DNA of 62,270 nt, counting the filler, from Hausera hauseri (lineage: Eukaryota), in NCBI GenBank assembly GCA_046269625.1. It is 11 parts of 11 records of this genome, joined end to end, with 100 filler letters (N's around TTAATTAATTAA, not from the genome) between each part and the next. Parts side by side here need not be neighbours in the genome. Positions count along the whole stretch, not along the records: positions 35,581 to 44,789 come from JBJURY010432138.1; positions 44,890 to 49,228 come from JBJURY010628219.1; positions 49,329 to 53,630 come from JBJURY010647330.1; 8 more parts are not named here. One strand, written 5' to 3'. How positions within the stretch are numbered: the stretch's first letter is position 1; each line of letters begins with the position of its first letter. Positions 35,620 to 49,439 of this stretch are shown here, piece after piece. A program made the position numbers and the translations under genes. Under the pieces are notes generated by a model that ran no database searches, was not told the DNA's origin, and saw only the letters and a program-made list of their open reading frames with translations.

Positions 35620-38000
35620 GATTAGAACTGTTGGAAAATGTATACTGTGTTCCATTTGTGACTGAGTATGATCTGTTCAATTACTTATTTTCGACAAACA
35701 ATCCATCGATTTGCACAATATGGCGTTTACCAGAAATTGTAGTAGATAAATCTTGTCACACATGCTTCGTTGCAGATCATTGAAGAACACAAATATAAAT
35801 GACAAGAACAAATTCGTCTGTTCTTATTTCTTATGTAAGAACCTACTGGTCATTATTGCACATCATTTGAACACTGATTCTAAAGACGACAATTTCCTCA
35901 TGAACGCTATCTTCATCTCAAAGATCCGATAACATGTTCTGATTATGTCAATTTTCCTCGTTTTGATTCCATATATATTCGAATAAATCGTCTTTCTAAG
36001 TGTCTATCATATTCGTTTTGGAGAATTCAAGTTTTTACTGTTAACAAAATTGATTTCGATTGTGACAATATTGGGAAGATAAATGGTTCAATTAATCTAA
36101 TTTTCGATGCAGAATCAAACCAATATTCAGATGTTAATCGATCAAGACACAATCAGAAGTGTCGTTCAAAGTCGAGCGTATCTACGCGTAAATCCCTATC
36201 ATATGTTCCAGGTCACACACAAAGTTACAGCTTTAGTGAAACGTTAAAGACAAATCAGGAAAATCGTTCTTCTTATGGCGATGAAACTGAAGATATTAGA
36301 AGCAAATCTTCTGGCTATTGTCAATCGAGTCTTTCAAACTTATCAAATATTGGAATTAAATTGAATGTGCAAAAAGATGAATACTTTGTATTTCCATGGT
36401 ACACGTATTCAGAAACACCATTTAACAACGATGATACGGGTATAAGTGATATGGAGCAGACTCAAGCTAAACAATTTCAAAGTAAAGGAATGAGTCATCA
36501 CCTTTTTATGAATTGTGTGCAATGGATTGTCGAGCCTATTGAATATTTGACCATGAAACACTTCTTTATGGGTTCGAGAATAAAGCCGATGATATAGTAC
36601 AAACTTTTAAATTGATACCAACCAACGATCTTTTTGAAGATCTGTTAACTGAAATCAAATATAGCTATACTTTTGAAAACTTTAGTCAAAATCTTAGTGC
36701 TCTTAAACCATCAGATGGTGTACTATAAATTCTGAAACCGATTACACTGAATCAAAATCAACTGAGTTCGGTCATTTTAATTGGAGTGGTATTTCAAATT
36801 TGATTCGAAAATTAGCTTCGAAAACGGAAAATGAAATAGCTGAGTTTGCAAACAGGCTATTGACGTTGAGTTCGAAAGACAGACCAACTCAAAAATTCAG
36901 AATTGAATGCAACTAAATTAAAAACCGATCAGGTATTAATTGATGTTCATCTTCTATTTGACATTATAATCTGCGGTTCGAAAACGAGATGGCAAATCTT
37001 AAAGATGTTGAAAAAATTTATTTAGATTTACAGTCGTTAGATGTTTCCCATTTATATAATCAAGTTTTAAAATTTTCAGATCAGTTACAATACGACAGAT
37101 ATGTTGGGTTGAGTCCTGTTATTAAACAACTTAAGGAATGCTTTGCAAATATTGACGAAAGTGATCGAATAACATGCCGATTAGGTCCTACATTCCATTG
37201 TCGATCAAAAATATTCTGTCAGTTTCCAAAAGTGGTCCAATGAACTTCGATTCGAATATTACTTAGAGTTAATAATAGAGATCTCAATTTTAATTCTCAC
37301 AGTCGTTGGGATTCTCTTGAAATTTTCAAACAATTGATAAGGAAAACTGTGTTTGCTGAAATTAATAATGTTCCGTACAGGTATTTACGTCGGGATTTTC
37401 ATTTGTATTTGGATTTGTCATATGCATATCTTGAAACATTTATAATATTCTTACGGAAATATAAAAATGTATCAAATAATACTGTACCCCAATTACGTCA
37501 CGAATATAGTTCATTAAAAACATCTCTACTCAATGCTCTTGGTGATTTAATATTTTCGAAATCAATTAGTCTTCAAAGCACTGAAATACAATAATTATGT
37601 TTAGAATTGGGATTAAATGTTTCCGGTTATTCTTGGAAATAGCCTTCCGCATATCAGCTGCATTCAATCAATTGATAATTCTTCTGCTCAATCTCATCAG
37701 TTTTATTAAAACTTCGTATACAATGTTCCTGCTGAAGTCGGTGATTGTAACTACATTGAATCCTTTGACAGTTGTTACCAATTGTTTGAAAACGATTATC
37801 AAATTACTAACAAAAAATTCTTTTTCAAATCTGTCAGATATACCATCTTATAATGGCGATACGACCCTCGAAATAGATAAACGGAAATCACAAAAGTCGT
37901 CATTTCAAGCATTTTCCACAGCTTCATCCACGTCTAGTGGAACAAGCGAACGAATAAAAAATTCAGCCAAAGAATCTCTGCGAAATTCTATATAAAAAAT
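35620..38000 (+). pseudogene. Decayed host-like coding sequence, family not identified
   Basis: Chain of same-strand ORF pieces with protein-like composition; no TE motifs. Confidence 0.35.
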
Positions 38001-38299
38001 TGACTAAAAGCTCTTATTAATACTTATCAAAACCCGATAACGCCTACATAAAACCTTCATCTGTAATTCTAGAGGTCAATTATAAAACTATCCGAATATC
38101 AGAATATCCACTCGCACTCGAACAACTCAACGCTCATTTGGACACGCTAAACAAAAAAATCCAAATCTCTATATACGACCATATAAAATTAAATATAACG
38201 CTCAAAAAGAGGTCAAATACTATGAAACATTGTGTGGCAAACCGAAGTACGATGCCGATCTTGCAGATACTGATCTTGTGTCGTATCAAATTTTCCCAC

Positions 38300-41200
38300 A
38301 TGATACCGCTAACTCTGGGTGTTCCTCGAAAGACTGTCATACATCCATTCAGTCGACAGAATATATGCGAGTAATTTTATAATTGGATATATTTTTCCAT
38401 TCACGACGCATCTAACAAATGATACTACTGAGGGACCGAGCATGCCCGCCTCATATGCACCACATCTCCTATCCCTATTTGTCTTTTCCAATAAGAAACA
38501 CTTATACGTTCAGTGCGACACAGAGCCTTTACAATGTCTACACACATCTATCTTTCCTGCTTCACTCCTCGGATTTTTATTTATCGCATCATGGCTCTAT
38601 CCTTAACGCCCATGACTTACTTTCTTTTCTTCAAACATCCATCTTATTCTCCATTTTTGTATCCGGAGTAGATCGGACTTCGACCCTTCCTATGCTGAAA
38701 ACTCCACCAAAATCAAATTTGGTCGTTGTCCTGCTAATCATACACCATCTGCCTCTCCTAACCTTCTTTGTAGAGAACTTTTTCTCGACAAAACCAATTC
38801 AAGTCGCACCTGGCTACAATTTCATTTGCAATGGCTTAAAGCCAATCACATCACTGATTCTTTTTTGCCCGCTAACAGCTGTTTACTTCTCCCAGCAAAT
38901 ATCAAACAGCAAATCAGTAATCTTGCTGATATTCTCACTTTGTAATCACCATACGACATGCTTTACCAATCTGAGTTCCATATTACAGATCCATCGATCG
39001 ACAATATAATACAAATGTACTTTAACTAGCATGTTATAGGCAATCAAAAGCCTTCTGACTTTCTGCAGACTTCAATTTCACAACTAAGTGATCTTGGAGT
39101 CACTTCCACCAACAATGCAGACATGCTTCGTCGTTATTTCCTTTCCTCTTTACCCACTCCGATTAGGGCATTACTTACTGTCGCTGACGACTCAATGGCC
39201 ATTGAAAAATGTCTTAATGTCTGATAAAAGTTTTGAGATTTTTGAATCGAATAATATATCGCCTATAGTTGCAGCAACCACGCACATGCCATCACACACA
39301 GATACAATTTTATTTTCTCAACAACCGAAAATGATGCAGAAAAAATTCGACACACTGCAACAATCTATTTCTGCGACTACAGCCCCAACTTAGAGATTTA
39401 TCTGTGCCTCGACGAGGTAAGACCCGTGTTTCGCGCGATCGTAGCTTTTCCAGGCATTCATTTGGATCCAAATCTCGAGATGGAAGAATGATTTGCTTTT
39501 ATCATAGTAAATTCTGCAGAGACACAAGGAAGTGTTCTTTGGGCACTCTATTTTACGACTAATGTTATGCAGTAGACAGCCCAATATGCATTTATCACAC
39601 AAAATATCAATATCAGGCTAAATCATGCATGCCAGGATGCAAACATTATAAAAATAATTTCAGTTTTTCTCCATCTTCTCCTCCTCGCTCTTCTTTTCAT
39701 TCCTCTTCTTTTTCCCAACAAGCCTCGAAAAACTAACAACGCCGCCAGGTGCCACGGAACATTCTTGTATAGGCAACACCGTTTAATCTTCTGGCCGTCT
39801 TAGCACCGCCTCTGCAGTTTTTCTGTTAAAAGCTGTATTGCTCTCCAGCAATGCTTCACATATCGACTTCCTTATAGATTCAGAAGCTGCCTTTTCGCTC
39901 CTTTCCTTGTCCTTCACTTTCACATCCACTATAATCTCTTCTCCACCGTTCGTCACTGCCAGTGGTCAACCGTGATACATTGCAGGTACCACGGAACTGA
40001 TTTTCACTTTCACCAACTTTCCAGATAAGTTTGTCTGGAAATTCCACGTGGCCAATATTAAAACCCCATAATCAGCTCAGATTTTCTGGCCGCACATGAT
40101 CTTCTAGTTGACTGCACGTATCGCTATCTGCTGCGCAGAAACTCCGTCGCGGATGCCACCAAATATTTACCAAACAGCTCCGTAGAAACTCCATTGTTTT
40201 CATCTATTAACTCACGTGTGAATTTGACAACTCGTTCATCGGCTAATAACGGTACATATAGTAATTTATTCATTTCTTCCAATACGTCTAACATATCTAA
40301 GTCGGTTTTAAAACAACCGAGTAAAAGGGTGTTGATGGTGGCAGTTGCGGTTATTCTTCGCCAATACCGTCCAATGTCGCTTCTGATGATATTCCTCAAT
40401 CATTCTCATCGCTGGGTTCAAATCTAGAATCTCATATCGCAACTTCCTGCTTCCGCACACTCAAAAAGACGTCAACTTCAAGCCGCCTTCTACAACTTAT
40501 CACCATATAGTCATCGAACACCAAAGACCTATCAGACAAAATGTCAGACCACTGTCACCTCGTAGACGAAAAGCCGTTGAATTAGAGTTCAGTGAACTCG
40601 AAAAGTCTGGTATGATTAAAAGATCAAAATCACCATGGGCTTCACCATTGCGTGTAGTAACAAAGAAATATGGCACTTACGGACCATGTGGTGACTATCG
40701 GCAGTTAAACAACCTTACTGCCGTGGATACTTACCCATTACCTCTCATAAAAGACACCTTGATAGTCTAATCAATACTAATACGTATTCCACAATTGACT
40801 TGCATAACGTTTATTATCAAATTCCGGTTGCACCAGATGATAATCCAAAAACTGCTGTTATTATTCCATTTGGTCTTTATGAATATATCTTTATGCCATT
40901 TGGCTTACGTAGTGCTTCGCAAACTTTTCAACGACACATTGATACCGTTCTCTCAGGCCTTGACTTTGCTCATCCATACATTGATAACATATTAGTTGCC
41001 TCCACCTCTGTCAAACAACATCAAGAACACCTCCACTATTATTTTTTACAGACTACATCACAGCAATTTGCAAGTCAATTTCTCCAAGTGTCATTTCTTT
41101 CAAAAACGTGTTAATTTCCTAGACCATATCATCACTCCTCACGGCCACTTTCCACAACCCGATCGACTACAACAATTGAAAAACATAACGCTACCAACGA

Positions 41201-43430
41201 CTACTACGGATATAAATAGTTTCTTAGACACAGTCCACTTTATCCACAAATACGTACCGCATTGTTCTGAGCTTACAGCACTTTTCGCACATCTATCATG
41301 CGCAAAAAGTGGCAAATAATCCACTGGACTACTGATTTATTCACCAAGTTTGATCACTTACGCAAAGGCCCAAAAACTGCCGAAATATTGGCCTATCCAA
41401 AACCGAAAGCTGATCTTATACTTACCACCGGTGCCTCTACTACAGCTACCGATGTAGTACCACACTAGATTTCTAACGGCGTTGATGAACCATTAGAATC
41501 TTACGCTCGAAAACTCCACAATCCGAAAGCCGTTACTCAGCGTTTGACCGTGAGTTACTCGCCGTAGTTCTGGCAGTAAAACATTTCAACTACCTACTTC
41601 TCTCTCATTTATTTGTTTTCCAAACTGACCACAAGCCTCTCCTGCATATAATGTCATTAAAACAGCCATCACAGAGGAAAGAACGACATATATCATACCT
41701 GTCTACATTCCGTTTTGTTTTAGAATACATTTCAGGAACAAATAATTTGGTAGCAGATTTTTTATCAAAGTCGGTTGGCTCCATTACAGTTGAACCGATT
41801 TTCTCATCCGAAGTCTTAAAGGCCAATCAACTGTCTGCTAACTCCCTTAACTCTTTAAAATCTTTCGAAATCATAGATGGCATTGCATTTTGATACGTCG
41901 AATGTGGGTAATAAAAAATTCATTCTAACGCCACCTTTACAAAAGCCAGCCTTCCTTCAGACGCATTCACTGCATTATCCGGGTTTGGAAGCAAACTTTC
42001 GCCTTCTTCAACGTCATGTAATTTGGCCATCAATGCTCAAAGATGTACAGGGCTGGGTTAAGGAATGCGTAGCGTGTCAAAAATACAAAATCAACAAATA
42101 TCTTAAACCGCCGATTCACCATTTCCCCTGTACATCACGTTGTCATACAGTTTATCTTTATCTCGCTGGCCCTTTACTTTTTGACAAAGGGTATCAATAT
42201 ATCCTTATTATGTTGGATCGTGCTTCTCGTTAGCCTGAAGCCGTTCCTCTCCGTTCAACGAACACTGATTCAGTAGCCGACGCCTTTATAAAAATCTGGA
42301 TCAGTCATTTTGGTTCCCCACGTTATATAATAACGGATCAAGGTCCACAATTTGAATCGCGACTCTTCAGATAACTTTTCAAACGCTTGCGGATATCTCA
42401 TTTCCATACAACACCATATCATCCTCAAGCAAATGGTCTTCTTGAAAGGTTCCATGGGACAATGAAAATTTCTTTTAAAATATTGTCTAACAATCATCGT
42501 AACTGGACGTCTATTCTACCATTTATTCTGCTAGGATGGCGCAACACACCCTCAACCACTATCGGTTGTGCTCCAGCCGAGGCACACTTTGGGACTCCAA
42601 TTCGAGCTTTATTTGAACTTTCTGATCTCGACGACAATAACACAGACGAAAATATTTGTGCAGCACAATTTTATTTCTTCGAGGTCAGCTCAGACTCGTT
42701 TCGCCCTCTCCAGCAATAACAAATCGTACATTCCAAAGGATTTATACACCGCCAATTTTGTGTAGCTGAAGGATCAGTCACTTTCGGGTTTTAGACCAAA
42801 ACATACAGCTACCATCTTACGCCAAGACAAACCTTACAACGTCCACATTTCGAATTTGAAGCCTGCTTTCTGCATTGATGCCAGTCCGGATGCCAACTCT
42901 ATCTCCAATTCAACCTCAACTCCTAGTCCTTCTAATCTATCCTCAAACTTTTTCCACGACTTTGCGCCGTTGCAGCAATAATTTCTCTGTCACACTCAAT
43001 CGCCACCTTCCATCTTGCTTCCCTCCTTTTTACCATTTCCACCACTTTCTTCACCTCCATCACCCACATAGACTGTTTCCTCGCCTTTAATTGCATCACG
43101 TCTTTTGCATGACTCATTCTCCTCATCACCCTCATCAGTTTCATCACAAGCAACACCGCACATTGAATCAGACAATCTCGCAAAACTTTTATATCCAAAT
43201 TTCGCTCAACAGCCAAGCACAAATCAATCAAGTAAGACACGCAGAGTGACATTTAGCACCTACAGCAAAGGAAAATTCTTTGATTGTACACAACGCCTGA
43301 TACATACTAAAATGGAATAAGCACTAAACACTGTTCCTTTCTTGCGATTTATTGTTTTTAGCTTTATTGATTTTATCTTTCCTTTTTAACTTTACGTAGT
43401 TTCATTTTTGCCACGGGGGTAATGTGGTGC
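38300..43430 (+). mobile_element. Ty3/Gypsy element (family B), gag-pol heavily decayed, PPT GGGGG plus TGTGG at ~43416-43427
   Basis: QKPSDF; LIDSEAA; SPWASPL..YGPCGDYRQLN; MPFGLRSASQTFQR..YIDN; TTPYHPQANGLLERFH. Confidence 0.9.
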
Positions 43431-44983
43431 TGCGGTAGCGGACACAACTCGTGTCTTCCGCGAAGTGGCGATGATAGGGGATCAAACAAAAGCACTAAAT
43501 AGAATGTTGATAAAACAGGAAGCAGTCAACGCTTATTCCAAACGCACCAGAATCCAAACCTCGCTCAATCCTTTGATTTCTTCAGCTGCGCCTCCAACTC
43601 CAAATAACTTTCAACCGGTGTTCAAGCCAACTTCCGCTCCAGCTATATTTGTACCGAATGTAGTCATTTTTGCATCAAATCAGATGGGTGCTACCAATCA
43701 AATTCATTCGTCGTATATCAATCCAAAGATAGATGCTGAAATCTGCTTAAATCCGAATGCAGATGTTCGATATCCACTTGTGCCCATACTCGAACTTCCT
43801 TTACCTACTCTGCTTTGCCATTCACTCGGATAACTCTGTTTACTGTGCCGTTTTTAATTCCAAATCAAAATATTGTCAACATACTGTCCTCATGATATGT
43901 ATAACAGGTTTATAATCTTATACTGATTACATGAATATATTTGTTGAGTATATTGCTTTTGTATCAGATTTTAGCTAGAAACTCATTTTTCTCTCACAGT
44001 TATTCCCAGTAAATGATGAAGAACATTACTTAGATATCATTCTTTGGTGGAAAATTGTCGATAAGTTTGGATCTATCAGAATGTTGTTATACAAAGACCT
44101 TATTACATTAAAAGAATACTTTACTGCTAATCAGAATATTTTATGCCGGTTCTGATATAAAATTTCACAAGCAAACCTAAAATTGTTATGTCATTTTACA
44201 CTTCTACGATTTTCCCTTCTAGCATGCAGAAGAATTTTGAACTCGGTGAAATCTCTGAATAGAGTTCCATCTCCCGCATGACATTTGTGTGATGCCAGTT
44301 TGCAGTGTTTTAGTTTGACTATCATATACCTTCAATTACGTATACATCTTGGACTGTGTATATAGGGAATTATATATATGGAGAATTGATGAAAATAAGG
44401 AATTGATATGTTGCATTGGTATTTTTAAATAAATTTTAAAACGTTTATTTTAATTCTGGATATATGTACGGCCATACGAAAAAGTTATCGGTGAGGATAT
44501 TTCCATTATTTCTGAACCATCTGATGTGTTTTACCATGTATAATTATCGATCGTAGTCCAGTAAATTACTGTGTATTCTTTAGGTCAACTCAAGTATGGG
44601 TTTTGGTAATTCGGTTTACACTATGTGGAATTGGCACCGGCAGTAGTTGTATTACCAGGGTTATTGGCCGGAGCCTCAAATTTTTAAAAAGAATTTCATT
44701 CGTTCGCCTCCACTTCCGCTGACTCATGAAAATTTAAATAAATGAAAAACCGATCTATAGCCCTCATAATACAACTACTCCCAACAATTNNNNNNNNNNN
44801 NNNNNNNNNNNNNNNNNNNNNNNNNNNNNNNNNTTAATTAATTAANNNNNNNNNNNNNNNNNNNNNNNNNNNNNNNNNNNNNNNNNNNNTATCTATGTCA
44901 AATTTCGTGCCATTATGTTCATTGGTTAAATAGTTATGCTTGTGTTTTGTAAACAGCTAAAAGTGAATTCTTCGATTTTTACA

Positions 44984-45690
44984 ATGTCTGAAATTATTCA
45001 ACAAAGGAGTAACATTAAATTTTGTGCGCGGAATGAAATTTCTGCCCCAGAAACGTTCAGGATATTGCAAAAGGCCTTTGGTGAAAATTCTATGTTAACA
45101 GCAAATGTTTTTGATTGGTACAATTTGTTCAAAGTGAGTCGAGAACGCGTTGAAGACGAACCACATCCAAGACGACCAAGAACATCTACTGATAAACAAC
45201 ACGTCAATGAAATCAAAGAGTTGGTGCTCGAAAATCATCGATTGACAATTAGACACATTGCTGATACTGTTGGCATTTCCTTTGGATCGGTCCAAGCAAT
45301 TTTGAAAGATGATTTGGGCCTCAAACGCGTCAAATCTCGATTGGTTCCAAAACATTGAATTTTTTTGAAAAAGAGCATCGTATTAATGTCTGTAAAGAGA
45401 TGCTGTCTGACTATGAACCAGTCATGAAACGCATTATTACGGGAAATGAGACTAGGATCTATACCTACGATCCAGAATCAACGGATCAATCGAGCGAATA
45501 TCGTGCCAAAGTTGAAACAAGACCGAAAAGATCACGCCAAAGTCGTTCAAAAATCAAGGTTATGTTAACAGTTTTCTTCGATTATCGTGGTGTGGTTCAT
45601 TCAGAATTTCTTCCGTCTGGCAAAACTGTTAATAAGGAATATTATTTGAGTGTTATGTTTCGTTTGCATGAAGTTATTCGACTCAAGATG
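44984..45690 (+). mobile_element. Mariner transposase, frameshifted and 3'-truncated
   Basis: QRSNIKFC..NEISAPETFR.LQKAFG...RPRTS...RLVPK; IITGNETRIYTYDPE...KVMLTVFFDYRGVVH.EFLP.G.TVN.EYY. Confidence 0.93.
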
Positions 45691-45959
45691 ACTGAAGGGG
45701 TTAACCCCGGAGGAGGGGTTAACTGTTTAAACGACCTTTTTCACGCGATTCATTGAACTGATAAATGAAGTGTTATATTGTATATTTTAATTTAAAATAT
45801 TAGATTGAATGATTGAAGCCATGCCAAATTATTTAAAAAAATGGTATATTTGATATGCCTTCGCCCTTTCAATTTTTATTACTATTTTTTATTTAAATAA
45901 AACTTTTCATGATTTCTAAATAATATTAAAATTTTATTTCTGGTAAATGCTGAAATATA

Positions 45960-46360
45960 TACTAGGTCGTCCACAAAGTAACCGAACAGCAAAATTTCGA
46001 CACTTCCAAAAACGTTTCATTTACGAAAAACATTCCAATTACTAATTACAGTGTAACGTGAAATTGACCTGGTAAATTTTCCAGTACAATAGTGATAATT
46101 GTTTCTGATTGGTTAGTATTAAAAGATTTGGTACTGTGCCATATAATAAAACGTCAGATTTCAGATGTGAGGGAAATGTCAGATGAAAAATTGCAATTAG
46201 AGTATTGTTACGACATTACTGGAAGAAAGGTTTGTCTACTAGATACGCTGAGAAGGAAATTTGCAGTATTGAAAGTGAAGGGAAAGTAAGGAAATCTACT
46301 GCTGCACAATGGTTTCAACGTTTCAACGAAAGTGATGTCAGCCTCCAAGACAAACATCCT
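45960..46360 (+). mobile_element. Second mariner relic: TIR-like start plus an N-terminal HTH fragment
   Basis: TACTAGGTCGTCCACAAAGTAACCG at 45960; EICSIESEGKVRKSTAAQWFQRFNESDVSLQDK. Confidence 0.65.
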
Positions 46361-48738
46361 GTTTGTGTGAATCCCATTTCTGATACCGTTGTGATTGTTT
46401 TCGTTTGTTGGCTCCGCTTTTGTGCACACATCGGGAATAAAAAGTGTTCGGATTGAAAAATGCGAAGTCATCGAATACAAAGAACTTTGAAAAATCGAAG
46501 CAAAAAAACTTATTTAAATATTTAAAATGTTGCCATGGTTTTTGGTTGATTTTTTTAAATTGCTCTCACGGCAATTACTCTGTCTCTCCACACATTATTC
46601 CGATTTGCCGTAAATTTATAATAAAAATAAAAAATAAGAATTTACTGATGTTATAAATATTTAATTACGCATTTGTGAAATTTGAAACATCCAATGCCAA
46701 TGAAAAATTATGTCTGAAATTCCATTTGTTTTAGGCACAACATATGGTTCCTCTATGTGTACCTTATGCTTTATGGTACTTGTATTTTCGGTTCTCAAAA
46801 TGAAATTTTAGGAAATTCCAAATGTATTCAATTTTAAAATTTTAAACGTCAGCGAAAATAAAACAAATTGGACAATAAATCCTTGCACTCAGATTTCATG
46901 GGGGTTTAGAGCCCCTAATCTCCTTTTTCGGCACGCAATTATGCCAAGATATCTGGACAGTTGTTTTATGTTTGTATAAACAAGGTCATTGGAATCTTAG
47001 TCCAACACTTTAATTCTGTAATTTTGTATAATTGACTTAAACAAAATGTTTTTAATAAATGACGATGAAGACGGGGATAAAACGGAATGAATAATGGATA
47101 TTTTCCGTGAGAGAAGGTTTCTTCGTGAAAATCAATATGGATGCAATGGAATTGTATGGATTTTCTTGACTGACTCTTGGATTCTTTGAATGAGTTTTAA
47201 TGGACAAATAAGTAACTTACAAGGGAAGGTCCACCTCATGACTCCAAAGTTTGAGTTCATAGCTTGCCAATGTTTTTATTGATTTAAATAACCATTCCTA
47301 AATTTTTCATCTGCAGGATATATTTGGTAGAAATATTAATAGTTAACTGAAAAATATTCATAGTGATCTTTGTTCAGTTAACAGTAAACATCTCTACTAG
47401 TACCGTTTTTTAGTGAATATAAGGGGAAGGCCACATGTCGAAAAACGGACCTTATGGTGCAAAAAGTTTTTTGATATATCAAAAATCGTATAACCCGCGA
47501 TACATTCACTAATATGCGGTATCCTTCAAAAAGAAAAATTTTGTAAACTATATTTTCTAACCATAATTAAGCCATTTGCAAGTTTAGGATACAATCTTCT
47601 GAGTCTTGGGACGGTTGTATTAGGAATGTTACCTTGTTGCCTTTGTGAATCGTAACTCAATTCTTTTGACTCTATTTCGTAACCTAATATCCAAAAGATC
47701 TGAAAATGGAACTGACATTGTTTCTTTACAGTATATTTACTTGATATTTATTAGACGTCTAAAATGTTTTAAAACGTTTTTCCTGTAATATTTAATGTTA
47801 ATGAAATGCAAAACTGTATATTTTTCTTACATATTGTTTCGTCATCAATTCGTTTTTAGTTGCAGAAATTTGCTGAGATATAGACACAGAAGCCATTTGT
47901 AATGCTTTAAATTCCAAATTAACTGTTTCTGAATTTTGCATTTGGTTTTGTAAATAAGACGATTGGGACATTTTTAATCGTCTATACTTTTGACGCCTTT
48001 TTCTTTTGTTCCTCAATTTCTGCTCACGGGAGATTTGATAGGCGTAAACTCCAAAGCTTTGTCTATTGATAGAGATATAAATCTCTTGGTTTCGCGTATT
48101 ATAACGCACAAAATTTAATGCGTCTGATTTTGTCCGTATCAGGACGTTTGGGTCAAATTTTATCATTTCAAAATTCATCATAAATTCCAATTCAATATTT
48201 ATCTATTTTCAATTATTTATTAGCTACTTAGCAGATTATATTATTTTACTCTACGATGGAAATATTGACTGAACTTATATGCATCCTTCTACAGAAAATT
48301 ATGTATGTTAAACGTTTTTGTATTTCAACTATTACAAACACAATTAATTCTAATACTATCAGATACCTTCTCATAGCTATAGCATCCAGTGCTTTTCTCT
48401 TTGCAGTATATCGCTCATCTATAATTCGGTCACCGAAAACCGATTCAATCCCGATTGGACATGGTTCAATAAAAATAATAGTGTTAAATTCATCTAAAAC
48501 CAAAAAAAACGGCCTAAACTTTCCTTGATATCGCTGTTGATGGCAAATATATAAATTATTATTACTCTTATCCATTTGTAATCGTCGAGTATCCTCTTTC
48601 AACTGGACATATTTTTCTGAATGCTTATTATCTGCCAAAGTATCAATGACTGGTACAATACAGTCAGACGGTAAAACACATACTTCTTCACTGGAATCAA
48701 CTTTGACTGTCTCTGCTTAGATTGGCATTTTTGAGTAA

Positions 48739-49228
48739 TCATGAGCTCTTTTCTTCAAAACGCATTATTATCACAAGTTCTTCCTCATCTTCTTCATCAC
48801 CGAAAGACAACAAATTTTGATCTTTTGTAATATGCATCCGACTATCCTCACTTTCAACTTGCTCTGACGGTGCTTTCGGCTTCATACGAAGAACAATATC
48901 ATCGAACGGATTCAATATGACATTAGTACTAATATATATTTTTTGATATAACGGCCGCAATGTCTTTTTGTCAATCTCACCTTCAGCAAGATTAATCATA
49001 TTATATCGTGTTCCCAACAACCGTTCCGAATATTGTGTAGCTATTCTGCAGTTCTGGAGTTTGGTTGAGAGTGAAAAGGAACTGACTTCTGAAAACTTGA
49101 TTTTCTACTGAATGCATGCACACTAAACCGCGTCTGTTAAATCTAAGTCGGCTGTGTATTTCTGTCTGTTGGATCACCACCTTGCATAAACCTTTTCACA
49201 ACTCGGTGAAATATCGTATTGTCATAAT
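48739..49228 (-). pseudogene. CWC27: Spliceosomal cyclophilin CWC27-like fragment
   Basis: YDNTIFHRVVKRFMQGGDPT...YNMINLAEGEID...RPLY...LNPFDDIV.R...NLLSFGDE. Confidence 0.8.
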
Positions 49229-49439
49229 NNNNNNNNNNNNNNNNNNNNNNNNNNNNNNNNNNNNNNNNNNNNTTAATTAATTAANNNNNNNNNNNNNNNN
49301 NNNNNNNNNNNNNNNNNNNNNNNNNNNNTTACTTGACAAATTCGATCCCAGTTTAGGTATGACAATAGGCACGTTTGAAGTTAAATTGGATGTAGCACTG
49401 TTACCCTTCATTTCTCATGTGAGGTGGATTGTGGTGGCG

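Noticed and set aside
45692-46945. Possible non-autonomous hAT-like element (GGGGTTAACCCC and GGGGGTTTAGAGCCCC subterminal-like motifs)
   Set aside because: No clear TIR pair or TSD could be identified.
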